Source of the DNA: a virus
Length of the DNA: 64,000 nt
Reading direction: 5' to 3' (one strand)
IMG/VR virus record: IMGVR_UViG_3300021138_002011
Location: 1-64,000 of that record
A program made the translations under genes and the position numbers. How positions within the stretch are numbered: position 1 is the first letter of the stretch; every line of letters begins with the position of its first letter. Under the pieces are notes generated by a model. That model was not told where the DNA came from. It made no database searches and saw only the letters and a list, made by a program, of their open reading frames with translations. This document shows positions 9,133-18,196 of the stretch, piece by piece.

Positions 9133-9354
9133 TTATCCCCAGGCAAGCTTGAAAAATCCTGCATCAAGTTTATTGATAAAAGCAAAAATCATGCCTCGAT
9201 TATTATCCCAGCGCATTGTCCAATTGGTATCTAGTTGACCAACATGTAGATTACACCAATCTGAAATATAAATGTAATCTACATCTTTGCCAGATTCGAC
9301 CAAAGTTGAAACAGTGTATGGAAATCCTGTATTAGGTTCTATTTGTATGCTCAT
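9133..9354 (-). CDS. small protein of the W..G / F....F.L.W family
   Basis: SDWCNLHVG...FAFINKLDAGFFKLAWG. Confidence 0.6.
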   Translation of the reverse strand: MSIQIEPNTGFPYTVSTLVESGKDVDYIYISDWCNLHVGQLDTNWTMRWDNNRGMIFAFINKLDAGFFKLAWG

Positions 9355-9418
9355 TTAATTTTTCTTATTCACTGCGACCTCTGCGCATGTTTAGCTGCCA
9401 GCGGGCTAGCTAACCTTT

Positions 9419-10711
9419 TCAACCTGATGCTTTTGCTGCTTTTTCCAGTTGAGCTATAACGACCCCTGTCGGTATGCCGTGATGCCGGCTGTCACCTAGA
9501 CGACCTGGACGACCTGGACCTTTGCCATCTGCAAAGTTTTCACTTATGCTTTCCTTAGCCTTGCTCTTTCCCCAGTTAGCAGCACCTTTCTTTCTACACT
9601 GAACAAGCGCTCCACTAGCATAGGCGCTGGGCCATACATTGTATCGGCGCTTCACCTTGTAATAGCATGTATCTTTCTTTTCACGTAGGTCTTCCTCACT
9701 AACTAGTTCTCCTCCACAATGCGGACAAGCGGCTGGGTAATCTTCATTTTTGACACAGTTTGGAACTTTTTTACCAAAACGCTCTTTCATACCTTTTTTG
9801 TGATACCCAGGCCAACATTTTTCATCTAATATGCGAGATTTGTACTCACTTTCCGATACAGTTATTGCAACGTTTTTTACGTCGTCTGTCCTAATATGCA
9901 CTAATCTTAATGCCCCGTTGGAATTATTTCGCCAATAGCCTTGTGTATACAGATGCATCATCATATAATAAAGATACTTTGGATCTAACATTTGAGGATT
10001 TGTAACCTTTATACCAATCTGCTCCTTGTTAAATTCTCGTAATGGCCTACCGATTGTGTTGATATCCCCACGTCTAGTAATCCAAAAATCAGCGTCCGGC
10101 ATGTTAGTCGAAATATCGCACATGTCGCCTAATTTTCTAGCTATGCTTTCATTTGTGGCAACATTTTTAGCCTTGCCTTTGCGTTCTGGATTGGGATCTT
10201 GTCGCCGCTTGCGACGAGCTGCGGTAGCTCGACCTTTTTTTCCTAGGGCATGTGCTTTAGATTGGGGTAAACATTTTGGTTTGCCTTCTCTGTTGCTACC
10301 TCTAGCACATGCACCTCGTATTTTACCATCTGGTCCAAACCTTACCCATTTTTGTTGAAACCATTTACGTAGATTTTCATCTAAGTTATCGTTTATTTCT
10401 GTTAGAGCTTCTAACTCATGGAATCCGATAGAAGATAACGATTCCATGATATTTTCTATTAAAGAGTTCATGCGCGCTTCGTGTACAGACCTGCTCTTAG
10501 TATGTCCGTCAACCCGACGCTTACAGTCTATGCTTTTCTTGTATTTTTGGCTCCACGTTTCTTCAACATCTTTTTTGTTTTCATTCTCAACAGAGTTGGT
10601 TACCGTAACACCACCGTCGATCTTGGTGACGTTGTTGTGCCAATCGGGTTGATAATTAGAATCAACCCGATGTTTAATTTTTTTAGATTCTAGTAGCTCA
10701 GTTATCTTCAT
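9419..10711 (-). CDS. modular putative internal-head polyprotein (MKITELLES leader)
   Basis: Short basic/Cys modules (WSQKYKKSIDC; LRKWF..KWV; HsdS-like; CWPGY; CYYKVKRRY..WPSAYASG; NFADGK) separated by (L/I/V)xE sites. Confidence 0.65.
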   Translation of the reverse strand: MKITELLESKKIKHRVDSNYQPDWHNNVTKIDGGVTVTNSVENENKKDVEETWSQKYKKSIDCKRRVDGHTKSRSVHEARMNSLIENIMESLSSIGFHELEALTEINDNLDENLRKWFQQKWVRFGPDGKIRGACARGSNREGKPKCLPQSKAHALGKKGRATAARRKRRQDPNPERKGKAKNVATNESIARKLGDMCDISTNMPDADFWITRRGDINTIGRPLREFNKEQIGIKVTNPQMLDPKYLYYMMMHLYTQGYWRNNSNGALRLVHIRTDDVKNVAITVSESEYKSRILDEKCWPGYHKKGMKERFGKKVPNCVKNEDYPAACPHCGGELVSEEDLREKKDTCYYKVKRRYNVWPSAYASGALVQCRKKGAANWGKSKAKESISENFADGKGPGRPGRLGDSRHHGIPTGVVIAQLEKAAKASG

Positions 10712-10841
10712 TTAACTTTGTATTTTCTCTAAGTACTTTCTTGCCGTCGGGTAGCACAACCTGCGCAGATGGTAGTGTTTTACCTACCATCTCTGCTTCA
10801 AGTTCGTTTATAAGTTGCCGCATGCGTTCTGCGTTTGTCAT
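10698..10841 (-). CDS. 47-aa protein with MRQLINELE motif
   Basis: ATG overlaps the upstream stop (TAATG). Confidence 0.5.
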   Translation of the reverse strand: MTNAERMRQLINELEAEMVGKTLPSAQVVLPDGKKVLRENTKLNEDN

Positions 10842-12019
10842 TATTTTAACCCCGATAGTTGACGTATACGATCTAAAATTGCAGTCTCTTTTGAGTTGTC
10901 TGCTACAGGCGCTGCGGCCGCCGATTCGTCGATTTTGCCCCAATCGCTTTTGGCTCGAATAGCAAACGCTAATTCTTTCATTTTGGTATTATCGGCACTA
11001 CCGGCTTTGTGTGGCCCGGATGCTTTTAGCTTGTGATAGGCTTTTTGCAGTTCAGCTTTGGTTTTACCTGCGAACATTCCTTTTTTCTTTGTGTCAAGTT
11101 GTGTGTCACCTGCCCATTTTTCTGCTAGATCGGTATTGGCTTCTAATACCATTTCGTCCCAGTTGATGGACTCATTTGAGCCTTTTTTATCCCATGCACG
11201 CTGCTCGGATGCTGAATAGTTTTCGCTCGATTCGTTTTCAGACTCATTGCTCATGTAGCTGTCCCAGTCTTTAGTTTGTCCTTTGCTGTAATTTTGCGAT
11301 GTAGTACCCGCTTTATTCCAATTTGGTTTAGATTGGCTAGCATGACCTTTGGGTTCTTCAAACTGATTTGTTGTTACAGACTCGTTGACACTGTCTTCGC
11401 CAAACGTTTTACGATAGATATTAGGATCCATGCTACTACGGCTTCCAATTACAAGATGACCTTCACCACCTAGCAATAGGTCGTACATTAGTTTGATCAA
11501 CGCATTTGCGGTTTTTTTTGAATCTATTGATTGTGTCAAATACATGACTTTTTGCGGTTTCATAGGCCGACGGCTTGGTGTTGAAATCAGCTCCTTGGCA
11601 TATGCCTTCATGTCTTCCAAGTTTGGTAACGCTTCTAATTTTTTGATGTCGTCAATTGTAAAGTTGTCAGCCGGTCCTTCAGATAGTTCTTCATGTTTTG
11701 ACACTTTGTATGTTTTATCACCAACTGTGAACTCGTCTTTTCCAGCATCTATAGCAGCCTGCCGAGCTCCGCTAAATTCGTTGCCTTCGTCGGTTATGTC
11801 AGACTCTTCATTCATGCTGCGATGCTGCATTTCAGAATCTAATTGGTCTTGCTGGTCAGGACTAGCAATCTTTTGTTTAGTAGCTGGCATTTGTTGAAAT
11901 CTATCAAGCTCTTTGTCGCTTAACGCATGTGTTGGATCCATACCTACAGAGCTTTCTGCAGAAATAGATTCAAGCAATTGTTTATAACGCTTCATTTCGT
12001 CTGGCATATAAGTACTCAT
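10841..12019 (-). CDS. modular putative internal-head polyprotein
   Basis: MKRYKQLLES leader; modules EGNEF..GKDEFTV and W..K.G...T.AEL..FAIRAK..WGKI; C-terminal RIRQLSGL; ATAAATA at 12048-12054 plus AAGGAG. Confidence 0.65.
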   Translation of the reverse strand: MSTYMPDEMKRYKQLLESISAESSVGMDPTHALSDKELDRFQQMPATKQKIASPDQQDQLDSEMQHRSMNEESDITDEGNEFSGARQAAIDAGKDEFTVGDKTYKVSKHEELSEGPADNFTIDDIKKLEALPNLEDMKAYAKELISTPSRRPMKPQKVMYLTQSIDSKKTANALIKLMYDLLLGGEGHLVIGSRSSMDPNIYRKTFGEDSVNESVTTNQFEEPKGHASQSKPNWNKAGTTSQNYSKGQTKDWDSYMSNESENESSENYSASEQRAWDKKGSNESINWDEMVLEANTDLAEKWAGDTQLDTKKKGMFAGKTKAELQKAYHKLKASGPHKAGSADNTKMKELAFAIRAKSDWGKIDESAAAAPVADNSKETAILDRIRQLSGLK

Positions 12020-12123
12020 AGCAACTCCTTGTGCTCTAGCGGTACTGTATTTATGTACAGGCCAAAAATCGTAAATGTAATATTTGAAAATCAGTATTCA
12101 ATACCAAAATATCAAGGCGTATT

Positions 12124-12855
12124 ATGTATAGTTTTAATATAAACCAATCACTACAACCGATAAATAACAGCATGACAGCAATAAAACATAAAACCCATCC
12201 TGGATTTTTAAGCGTAATGTATCATGTTTTTGTCGGATCAGTGTTGCAGCTTGCTTACAAACTTGTTAAATCGTTGTGTGTATTGGTTGCAAAAACGATT
12301 TATAACTGTGCGGTATTTGTGTGGTATCTAGCTAAACAAGTTGTAATCTTACCCTTAACCGGTGGTAAGTTTATTGGAAATTTACTTTTTAAAAAACTAA
12401 AGATTAATTCTATAATGGCAGATTTGATGCAAACGCTAGCTATATGGACAGGGTTAAAAATCCTATCATGTTTAAAACTTGTGCTGCGATTCTTGTATAA
12501 TACCGGGTGGTTGATCATTCATCAATTTGCGTTAACATCGCTTAAGAACATTAGGGTGTTAGAGCAGAAACCAATTGTCAGTATAGGCTGGGAACTATAC
12601 GGCGAACTTTTTCCACGGCACAAACTTGATTATTGGATGGGCGATAGCCACATTACAGTAGAAATACGCAGCTGGTCGTACAATCAAAAATACAATCGGC
12701 TACGCTACGTTGAAACAGGAACGAAAAAGACTACGCATGTATGCTCACCACATGGAATTCCCTATATGGTGAGAAGAGTGCACTGGTGGGAGCCTTCTGT
12801 ACAAGCAAGCATCACACCGTACACACCTCTTCATAGCGTGTCTAAACAAGACTAG
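12124..12855 (+). CDS. hypothetical membrane-associated protein
   Basis: Long ORF with a hydrophobic N-half. Confidence 0.5.
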   Translation: MYSFNINQSLQPINNSMTAIKHKTHPGFLSVMYHVFVGSVLQLAYKLVKSLCVLVAKTIYNCAVFVWYLAKQVVILPLTGGKFIGNLLFKKLKINSIMADLMQTLAIWTGLKILSCLKLVLRFLYNTGWLIIHQFALTSLKNIRVLEQKPIVSIGWELYGELFPRHKLDYWMGDSHITVEIRSWSYNQKYNRLRYVETGTKKTTHVCSPHGIPYMVRRVHWWEPSVQASITPYTPLHSVSKQD

Positions 12856-12867
12856 ACACTGAATACT

Positions 12868-13800
12868 TTAATTAAACAAACTGCTTACGCTTTTCTCACG
12901 AGTAATACGGTCCATTGCATCGGCAATAAGCGGAGCAATTGTCAGTTGACGTATATTTGGTGATTGCATAATGGCATCTGTTGCTTGGATGCTGTCTGTA
13001 ACTGTAATCATTTCAATTTGACTGTTGGCGATTCGACTAACAGCCTGCCCGCTTAGTACGCCGTGTGTAACATATACACTTACAGATTTAGCACCGTTAC
13101 CCAACAATGCATTAGCTGCGTTGACTAGTGTGCCGCCACTGTCAACAATATCATCGATTAGAATACAATCTCTACCATTTACATCGCCAATTACATTCAT
13201 TACCTCTGATACACCTGCACGCTCTCGACGTTTGTCAATAATTGCAAGGTCGGTGTTTAGACGGGTAGCTAATGCTCGGGCACGTACAACACCACCTACG
13301 TCTGGTGAAACAATCATAACATCTCGGTCTTTGTATAGATCTTTAATGTTGTTAGCAAATAGGGGAGCAGCATAAAGATTATCAACCGGAATGTCAAAGA
13401 AGCCTTGAATTTGACCTGCATGTAAGTCTACTGTCAAAATCCGATTAGCACCTGCGTTGGTAATTAGATTGGCAACAAGTTTAGCAGAAATAGGAGTTCG
13501 AGGACCACTTTTGCGGTCTTGACGTGCATACCCAAAATAGGGCATAACAGCAGTTACTCGTTTAGCAGAACTTCGTTTTAATGCATCCAATGTTAGCAAC
13601 AATTCCATGAGTGTATGATTCGCTGGGTATGAAGTACTCTGAACCACAAATACATCCTCACCTCGGATATTCTCATGAATCTCGACACAAATCTCACTAT
13701 CTGCAAAAGTTCGCATGGTAGTATTGACTAATGGCACTTGCAAATGTTCAGATATAGCTTGAGCTAATAGTAGATTACTGCTTCCGGAAAGAATTTTCAT
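12868..13800 (-). CDS. prs: ribose-phosphate pyrophosphokinase
   Basis: [38 protein letters not shown]; start MKILSG after AAGGA; alphaproteobacterial-like sequence. Confidence 0.96.
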   Translation of the reverse strand: MKILSGSSNLLLAQAISEHLQVPLVNTTMRTFADSEICVEIHENIRGEDVFVVQSTSYPANHTLMELLLTLDALKRSSAKRVTAVMPYFGYARQDRKSGPRTPISAKLVANLITNAGANRILTVDLHAGQIQGFFDIPVDNLYAAPLFANNIKDLYKDRDVMIVSPDVGGVVRARALATRLNTDLAIIDKRRERAGVSEVMNVIGDVNGRDCILIDDIVDSGGTLVNAANALLGNGAKSVSVYVTHGVLSGQAVSRIANSQIEMITVTDSIQATDAIMQSPNIRQLTIAPLIADAMDRITREKSVSSLFN

Positions 13801-13813
13801 AAAGAAGTCCTTG

Positions 13814-14098
13814 CTACTTTTTGTTATTTTCATTATTTTTTGATTTTTGGTCTTTTTTATACCGATTCACGTCACCGTTGTAATTTCGCACATCCTTAAT
13901 GACACTACTCCAGTTATCGCCACCTAACATCCATAGATTAATTATGTCTTGATTCTCGTTGGCCCAGGATGTTTTTTTAAGATTTCGTACGACAGTATCT
14001 GCCACATCCATACTAAAGCCTCCCGGATTAAATCCTTGAGAAAGAACAGCACGATACATTCGTTCAATATATGGAAAGTTTGATTTTGGCAAGTCCAT
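13814..14098 (-). CDS. hypothetical protein
   Basis: AGGAGA RBS. Confidence 0.55.
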   Translation of the reverse strand: MDLPKSNFPYIERMYRAVLSQGFNPGGFSMDVADTVVRNLKKTSWANENQDIINLWMLGGDNWSSVIKDVRNYNGDVNRYKKDQKSKNNENNKK

Positions 14099-14241
14099 TT
14101 CTATCTCCTGTTATGTTGTACAATATGCTATTTTACGCCAGTTGTCAATTGGTTAAATAATACCAACGTTGATAATAAACATATAGTTTATCATTACGAA
14201 AATTTGTTTTAAATATTGTATATGTTAACTGGGCATTTAAA

Positions 14242-14529
14242 ATGGGAACTAACGAGATTTTCAAACTAATCGGTGATTTAGGATTTCCAGTTGTAGCTGC
14301 AATGGCAGGCGGGTATTTTGTTTATCTTACAATTAAACTGTTGTTAGGTGGGGTACTTGGTAGTGTAAAAGGCATGGCGGGTATAATCACATCACTTGAT
14401 AACAGAGTTAAAACAATGAATTCAGATGTAATAAGAATAGATACTGTTGTCAGTAATGCACTTGGGCTGCGTCCAGATGTTGATAGAATTGCCAGGGCTG
14501 ATGGCAAAACCGACGCACGTCGAGATTAA
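14242..14529 (+). CDS. single-TM protein (YvrJ/holin-like GFP motif)
   Basis: IGDLGFPVVAA..GYFVY then coiled coil LDNRVKTMNSDVIRID. Confidence 0.65.
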   Translation: MGTNEIFKLIGDLGFPVVAAMAGGYFVYLTIKLLLGGVLGSVKGMAGIITSLDNRVKTMNSDVIRIDTVVSNALGLRPDVDRIARADGKTDARRD

Positions 14530-14538
14530 AGGGGATTT

Positions 14539-14685
14539 ATGAATATTTCAAGTCTTAAACGGCTTTCAATTATGTTTAAACCATCTAATGAGGTTGGGTT
14601 TAACAAATGGATGCTACCAATAACAGGATACATAGTGTTTTGCACAGTTGCTATGTACTTGATAATGATATATAAAGGATTCTGA
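14539..14685 (+). CDS. 48-aa membrane peptide
   Basis: GGGGA RBS; C-terminal TM LPITGYIVFCTVAMYLIMIY. Confidence 0.45.
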   Translation: MNISSLKRLSIMFKPSNEVGFNKWMLPITGYIVFCTVAMYLIMIYKGF

Positions 14686-14688
14686 TTT

Positions 14689-15126
14689 ATGGGCGATATA
14701 GCAGACGCAATATCCAAATATGGTTTTCCAATTGTTATGGCCTTTGGTATGGGATTTATCATACACCATGTATGGGAATGGTGCACCAAAGAGGTGAAAC
14801 CGGTTCTTGGCGATGCAAATACTGTTCTTATAGCGCTGATTGATCGTATTAGATGTCTAGACAACGATCTAATAAGACTCAATCAAAAAGTCACCACGGT
14901 TCTGCATCTGCGGGGAAAAGCTATTGAATATGAAAGGGTTCTTGCTGAAAAAGAACTAAATGAAGTACATCATCATGCTCACAAGGATTCTTCTAATAAC
15001 GAAACTGCATCTGTTTCAACGATTAACCACGTGAATCGCGCAAAGACGAAAGAAGACAGTGAATCACCAATTGGTAAGCGTAAAGCTACTAAATCAGAAA
15101 TACAATCAGCGGCCGGCGACGATTAA
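14689..15126 (+). CDS. single-TM protein, paralog of 14242-14529
   Basis: ISKYGFPIVMAFGMGFII...LIDRIRCLDNDLIRLN. Confidence 0.65.
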   Translation: MGDIADAISKYGFPIVMAFGMGFIIHHVWEWCTKEVKPVLGDANTVLIALIDRIRCLDNDLIRLNQKVTTVLHLRGKAIEYERVLAEKELNEVHHHAHKDSSNNETASVSTINHVNRAKTKEDSESPIGKRKATKSEIQSAAGDD

Positions 15127-15693
15127 TTACTTGCTTGTGGCCACGCTCCTAGCTTTTGCATATCCGTCTCCATATACTTCCTTTTTAACATACCAGGCTG
15201 AGGTATTATTTTTTTTAGCCGCTTCTTCTATTGAATAATATTCTACATTACGAAATATCACAGGTACTGATATCTTCTTTTTAGTTTCTAAACTTTTAGG
15301 CTGTACACCTGTTTTACCTTTATTCCAAGGTTCTTTACCTAATTGAGATCTTCCATTATTCTCACTCATCTTTTTACGAGTTTCTAATGACTTAGGACTA
15401 GTTCCTTTTCCTTTGCGATTTTCACTTATCTTGCGTTTTGTTTCTTCGGTATGTTTTTTACCGTAAAAGAAATTACCTTCCCCTCTACGGGCCGCATACA
15501 TTATTTCTATGCGTTCTTCTTCCGTTATAAGCCCTTGCAATCCTCGATAAGCTACTAAATCTTGCCAGCGACCGTACTGTTCGTATAATTGTTTATGAGC
15601 TTCTGCGTGTTCTTCTATAGTAAGTTCTACTAGATTACTTGGATCATCTGTTCCGCCAGCGTGTCTAGGAATAATATGATGTGTATGTTTCAT
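15127..15693 (-). CDS. HNH homing endonuclease with NUMOD3 repeats
   Basis: HHIIPRHAGG.DD.SNLV.L...EH...H; GKKHTEETKRKIS and SLETRKKMS repeats. Confidence 0.9.
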   Translation of the reverse strand: MKHTHHIIPRHAGGTDDPSNLVELTIEEHAEAHKQLYEQYGRWQDLVAYRGLQGLITEEERIEIMYAARRGEGNFFYGKKHTEETKRKISENRKGKGTSPKSLETRKKMSENNGRSQLGKEPWNKGKTGVQPKSLETKKKISVPVIFRNVEYYSIEEAAKKNNTSAWYVKKEVYGDGYAKARSVATSK

Positions 15694-15726
15694 ACACTTA
15701 TTTATTAGATGTAGCGTAAAAGACCT

Positions 15727-17781
15727 TTATTTCGTCTGGGCACGGAAAACTCCATCCCAGTTGGTCTCTGGCGGATCTTCTTTTAAATGCTGGCAGCGGT
15801 TGATCATCATATTATAGTAATCTTTTAGCTGAGAGTTCCATCCAGTTGACAAGCTCTTGGCGAGTATTATAGCTCTATCCCAACGCTGGCCTTTGTACGA
15901 TTCTAAAAATTTCTGATGTTGGCTTTGTGCTGATTGTATGTGATGAGGTTTGTCAAATGTAGTATGATCGACTACAGTAAAAATTCTAACGCCTTCGGTT
16001 TTACCTTTTACTGCAATAGTGTCTAATTCTACCGTTATAAATTCGCTGCCAAGTGCTTGTGCTGTGTTGTTGCCAAGCACTATTTTAACTCCGTAATCTT
16101 TGCTTTGACCTTCTAATCTAGCTGCTAAGTTTACAGCATCACCTAGGCAACTATAATCAAACCGTTGATTGCTTCCCATGTTGCCCACAACTACTTCGCC
16201 TGTATTGATTCCGATGCCTATGTTAATTGGAAGTAAATTGTCTTTTGCAAGCGCGTCGTTTAACATGTTAAGATGTGACAACATTTCCATGGCCGATTTT
16301 ACAGCCATTTCTTGTTGACGATCGACATCAAGAGGGGCGTTCCAGAAAGCCATTATGCAATCGCCCATGTATTTGTCAATTGTGCCGTCATTTTTCATAA
16401 TGATGTCTGTCATAGGAGTGAGAAAGCGATTAATCAAGCTTGTCAGTCCTTGTGGATCTGTTTTATATTGCTCGCTTATAGGGGTAAATCCGCGAATATC
16501 GCAAAACAGTAATGTTAGCTCGCGTGTATCTCCACCTAGTTTAAGAAGGTTAGGATTTTTCTGAAGTTTTTTTACCATCGCAGGAGCCAGGTAATGTTCA
16601 AATTGCTTTTTAATCTGTTGCTTTTGAAAATACTCGCTTAGAAATTTTATCACATACGCATGCAATCCGACTAGTACAATGCCTACGCAAAATGCAGTAG
16701 CGTCAAACAACATGTTGTATTCATTGTATAAATATATGCTTCCACCTACAGATCCTGCAGCCAGCAACAGCATGGTTATTATGCCTACATAAAGCCATCT
16801 TGTAAGAATTATTAATAACAGTCCTGCAACAGCTAATGCAACAGCCTCAAGTCCGTTGGCCCAATCGGCTCGCTGTATGTTTACTTTATTCTCCAAGGTG
16901 GCAATAACAGATGCAACTACATCTTGTGGGTACACTGTACCTTTGGCTGTAGATACAGGATTAGCAATGCCTGCTGCGCTTGTGCCTACAATTACAACAG
17001 CACCGTTAAAATCTGATGGAAGCTTTGTAATGCTTACAGCATGTGCTGTTTGGCTCCAATCTATCCAAATTCTTCCAAGCGAATCTGTTGTAATTGGACC
17101 AAATTTTGGTATTCGTAACTTTTCAATCCCATTTTCGTTAAGTTTGAGTTGAAATCCTTTGTCACCTGATATAACGCGCAGTGTTTCTATAGCTATATTA
17201 GGATAGAGTTTTCCATTTGATGCAACAATTAACGGTAATCTACGATTAACACCATCAATCTCAGGCAAGGTGTTAGTTGTGCCTACACCAGTTGCAGCAT
17301 TTTCAATTTCTGGTATATTAGCTATAACTCCTGGATACGTTAACACTTTGTTGATAAAGTTGCTGTTAATGATTGCAGATCCTGGATTCCTTGGTATATT
17401 TTTTCCGTACGCAGCCGGGACGCTTGCTAATACTACTTTGTTGTTTGCAAGTGTATCAACTAATGCCGAATCACCGCCTTGCCGATCTTTTTCTGGCATC
17501 AATACGTCGAATACCACTAATCCTGCATGATGCTGATATAATTCTGTAATTATTTGTGCATATATACGCCTATCAAATGGCCATTGCCCGTATTTGTCTA
17601 AGGCTGCTTCATCTATGTTTGCTGTGTAGATGTTATTTTGAGTTAGAGGCTTGCTTGTTATTAGTGTATCAAAATATCGCAGTTTGATACTTTCTACAAA
17701 GGTCGGTCCTGATATTTCTGCCGCTAGTACTAGCAGCAATGTAGCTATTGCAGTCCAGGGCGAAATGAGAATCTTTTTCAT
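15727..17781 (-). CDS. CHASE2-domain class III adenylate cyclase
   Basis: IDEAALDKYGQWPFDR (CHASE2), 3 TMs, FCDIRGFT, DKYMGD, GDAVNLAARLE. Confidence 0.93.
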   Translation of the reverse strand: MKKILISPWTAIATLLLVLAAEISGPTFVESIKLRYFDTLITSKPLTQNNIYTANIDEAALDKYGQWPFDRRIYAQIITELYQHHAGLVVFDVLMPEKDRQGGDSALVDTLANNKVVLASVPAAYGKNIPRNPGSAIINSNFINKVLTYPGVIANIPEIENAATGVGTTNTLPEIDGVNRRLPLIVASNGKLYPNIAIETLRVISGDKGFQLKLNENGIEKLRIPKFGPITTDSLGRIWIDWSQTAHAVSITKLPSDFNGAVVIVGTSAAGIANPVSTAKGTVYPQDVVASVIATLENKVNIQRADWANGLEAVALAVAGLLLIILTRWLYVGIITMLLLAAGSVGGSIYLYNEYNMLFDATAFCVGIVLVGLHAYVIKFLSEYFQKQQIKKQFEHYLAPAMVKKLQKNPNLLKLGGDTRELTLLFCDIRGFTPISEQYKTDPQGLTSLINRFLTPMTDIIMKNDGTIDKYMGDCIMAFWNAPLDVDRQQEMAVKSAMEMLSHLNMLNDALAKDNLLPINIGIGINTGEVVVGNMGSNQRFDYSCLGDAVNLAARLEGQSKDYGVKIVLGNNTAQALGSEFITVELDTIAVKGKTEGVRIFTVVDHTTFDKPHHIQSAQSQHQKFLESYKGQRWDRAIILAKSLSTGWNSQLKDYYNMMINRCQHLKEDPPETNWDGVFRAQTK

Positions 17782-17856
17782 GCGTTTATTTATAGAATAG
17801 GGTTTGCAACACTTTACTGTCGTTTATTGCAACGCGCAACATCTATATCGCATGCG

Positions 17857-18084
17857 TTACCTATCCCATGTCATACGCCACATCATAAACTGTCCTTTTG
17901 ATGGAAACCAAATCATAGTATCGTGTTTTTCTGGTTTTGCCAGGGGACAATTTCTATCAAACCAATCGTTGATTGTAGTTCTGTTATTGTCCCACCAATC
18001 AATATCTTTTATCAAAACAATGAAAGGCCCTTTTTCGTTTGGATTTTCAAACGAGGTCCATTTTTCTAATTTATTAGATTCCAT
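17857..18084 (-). CDS. small protein of the W.. / F....W.M.W family
   Basis: INDWFDRNC...IWFPSKGQFMMWRMTW. Confidence 0.55.
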   Translation of the reverse strand: MESNKLEKWTSFENPNEKGPFIVLIKDIDWWDNNRTTINDWFDRNCPLAKPEKHDTMIWFPSKGQFMMWRMTWDR

Positions 18085-18196
18085 ATATTTTTATATCCAA
18101 GTTTGTTACAATATTTATATGATGTTTTAACTCGTAAACAATGCCATGCCAGTTAAAAACTTTGATTTTAATAGTATTGATAATATAAATACTATT

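Noticed and set aside
3658-13800. NARP1 (Adps/Namat) pathway
   Set aside because: Prs looks canonical and is not adjacent to nadV, and an NMNAT is present, which fits NARP2-type chemistry better
14242-17781. Pycsar/CBASS defence system (cyclase plus TM effectors)
   Set aside because: The cyclase is a CHASE2 receptor type with ATP-specifying Lys, and the TM genes are on the opposite strand
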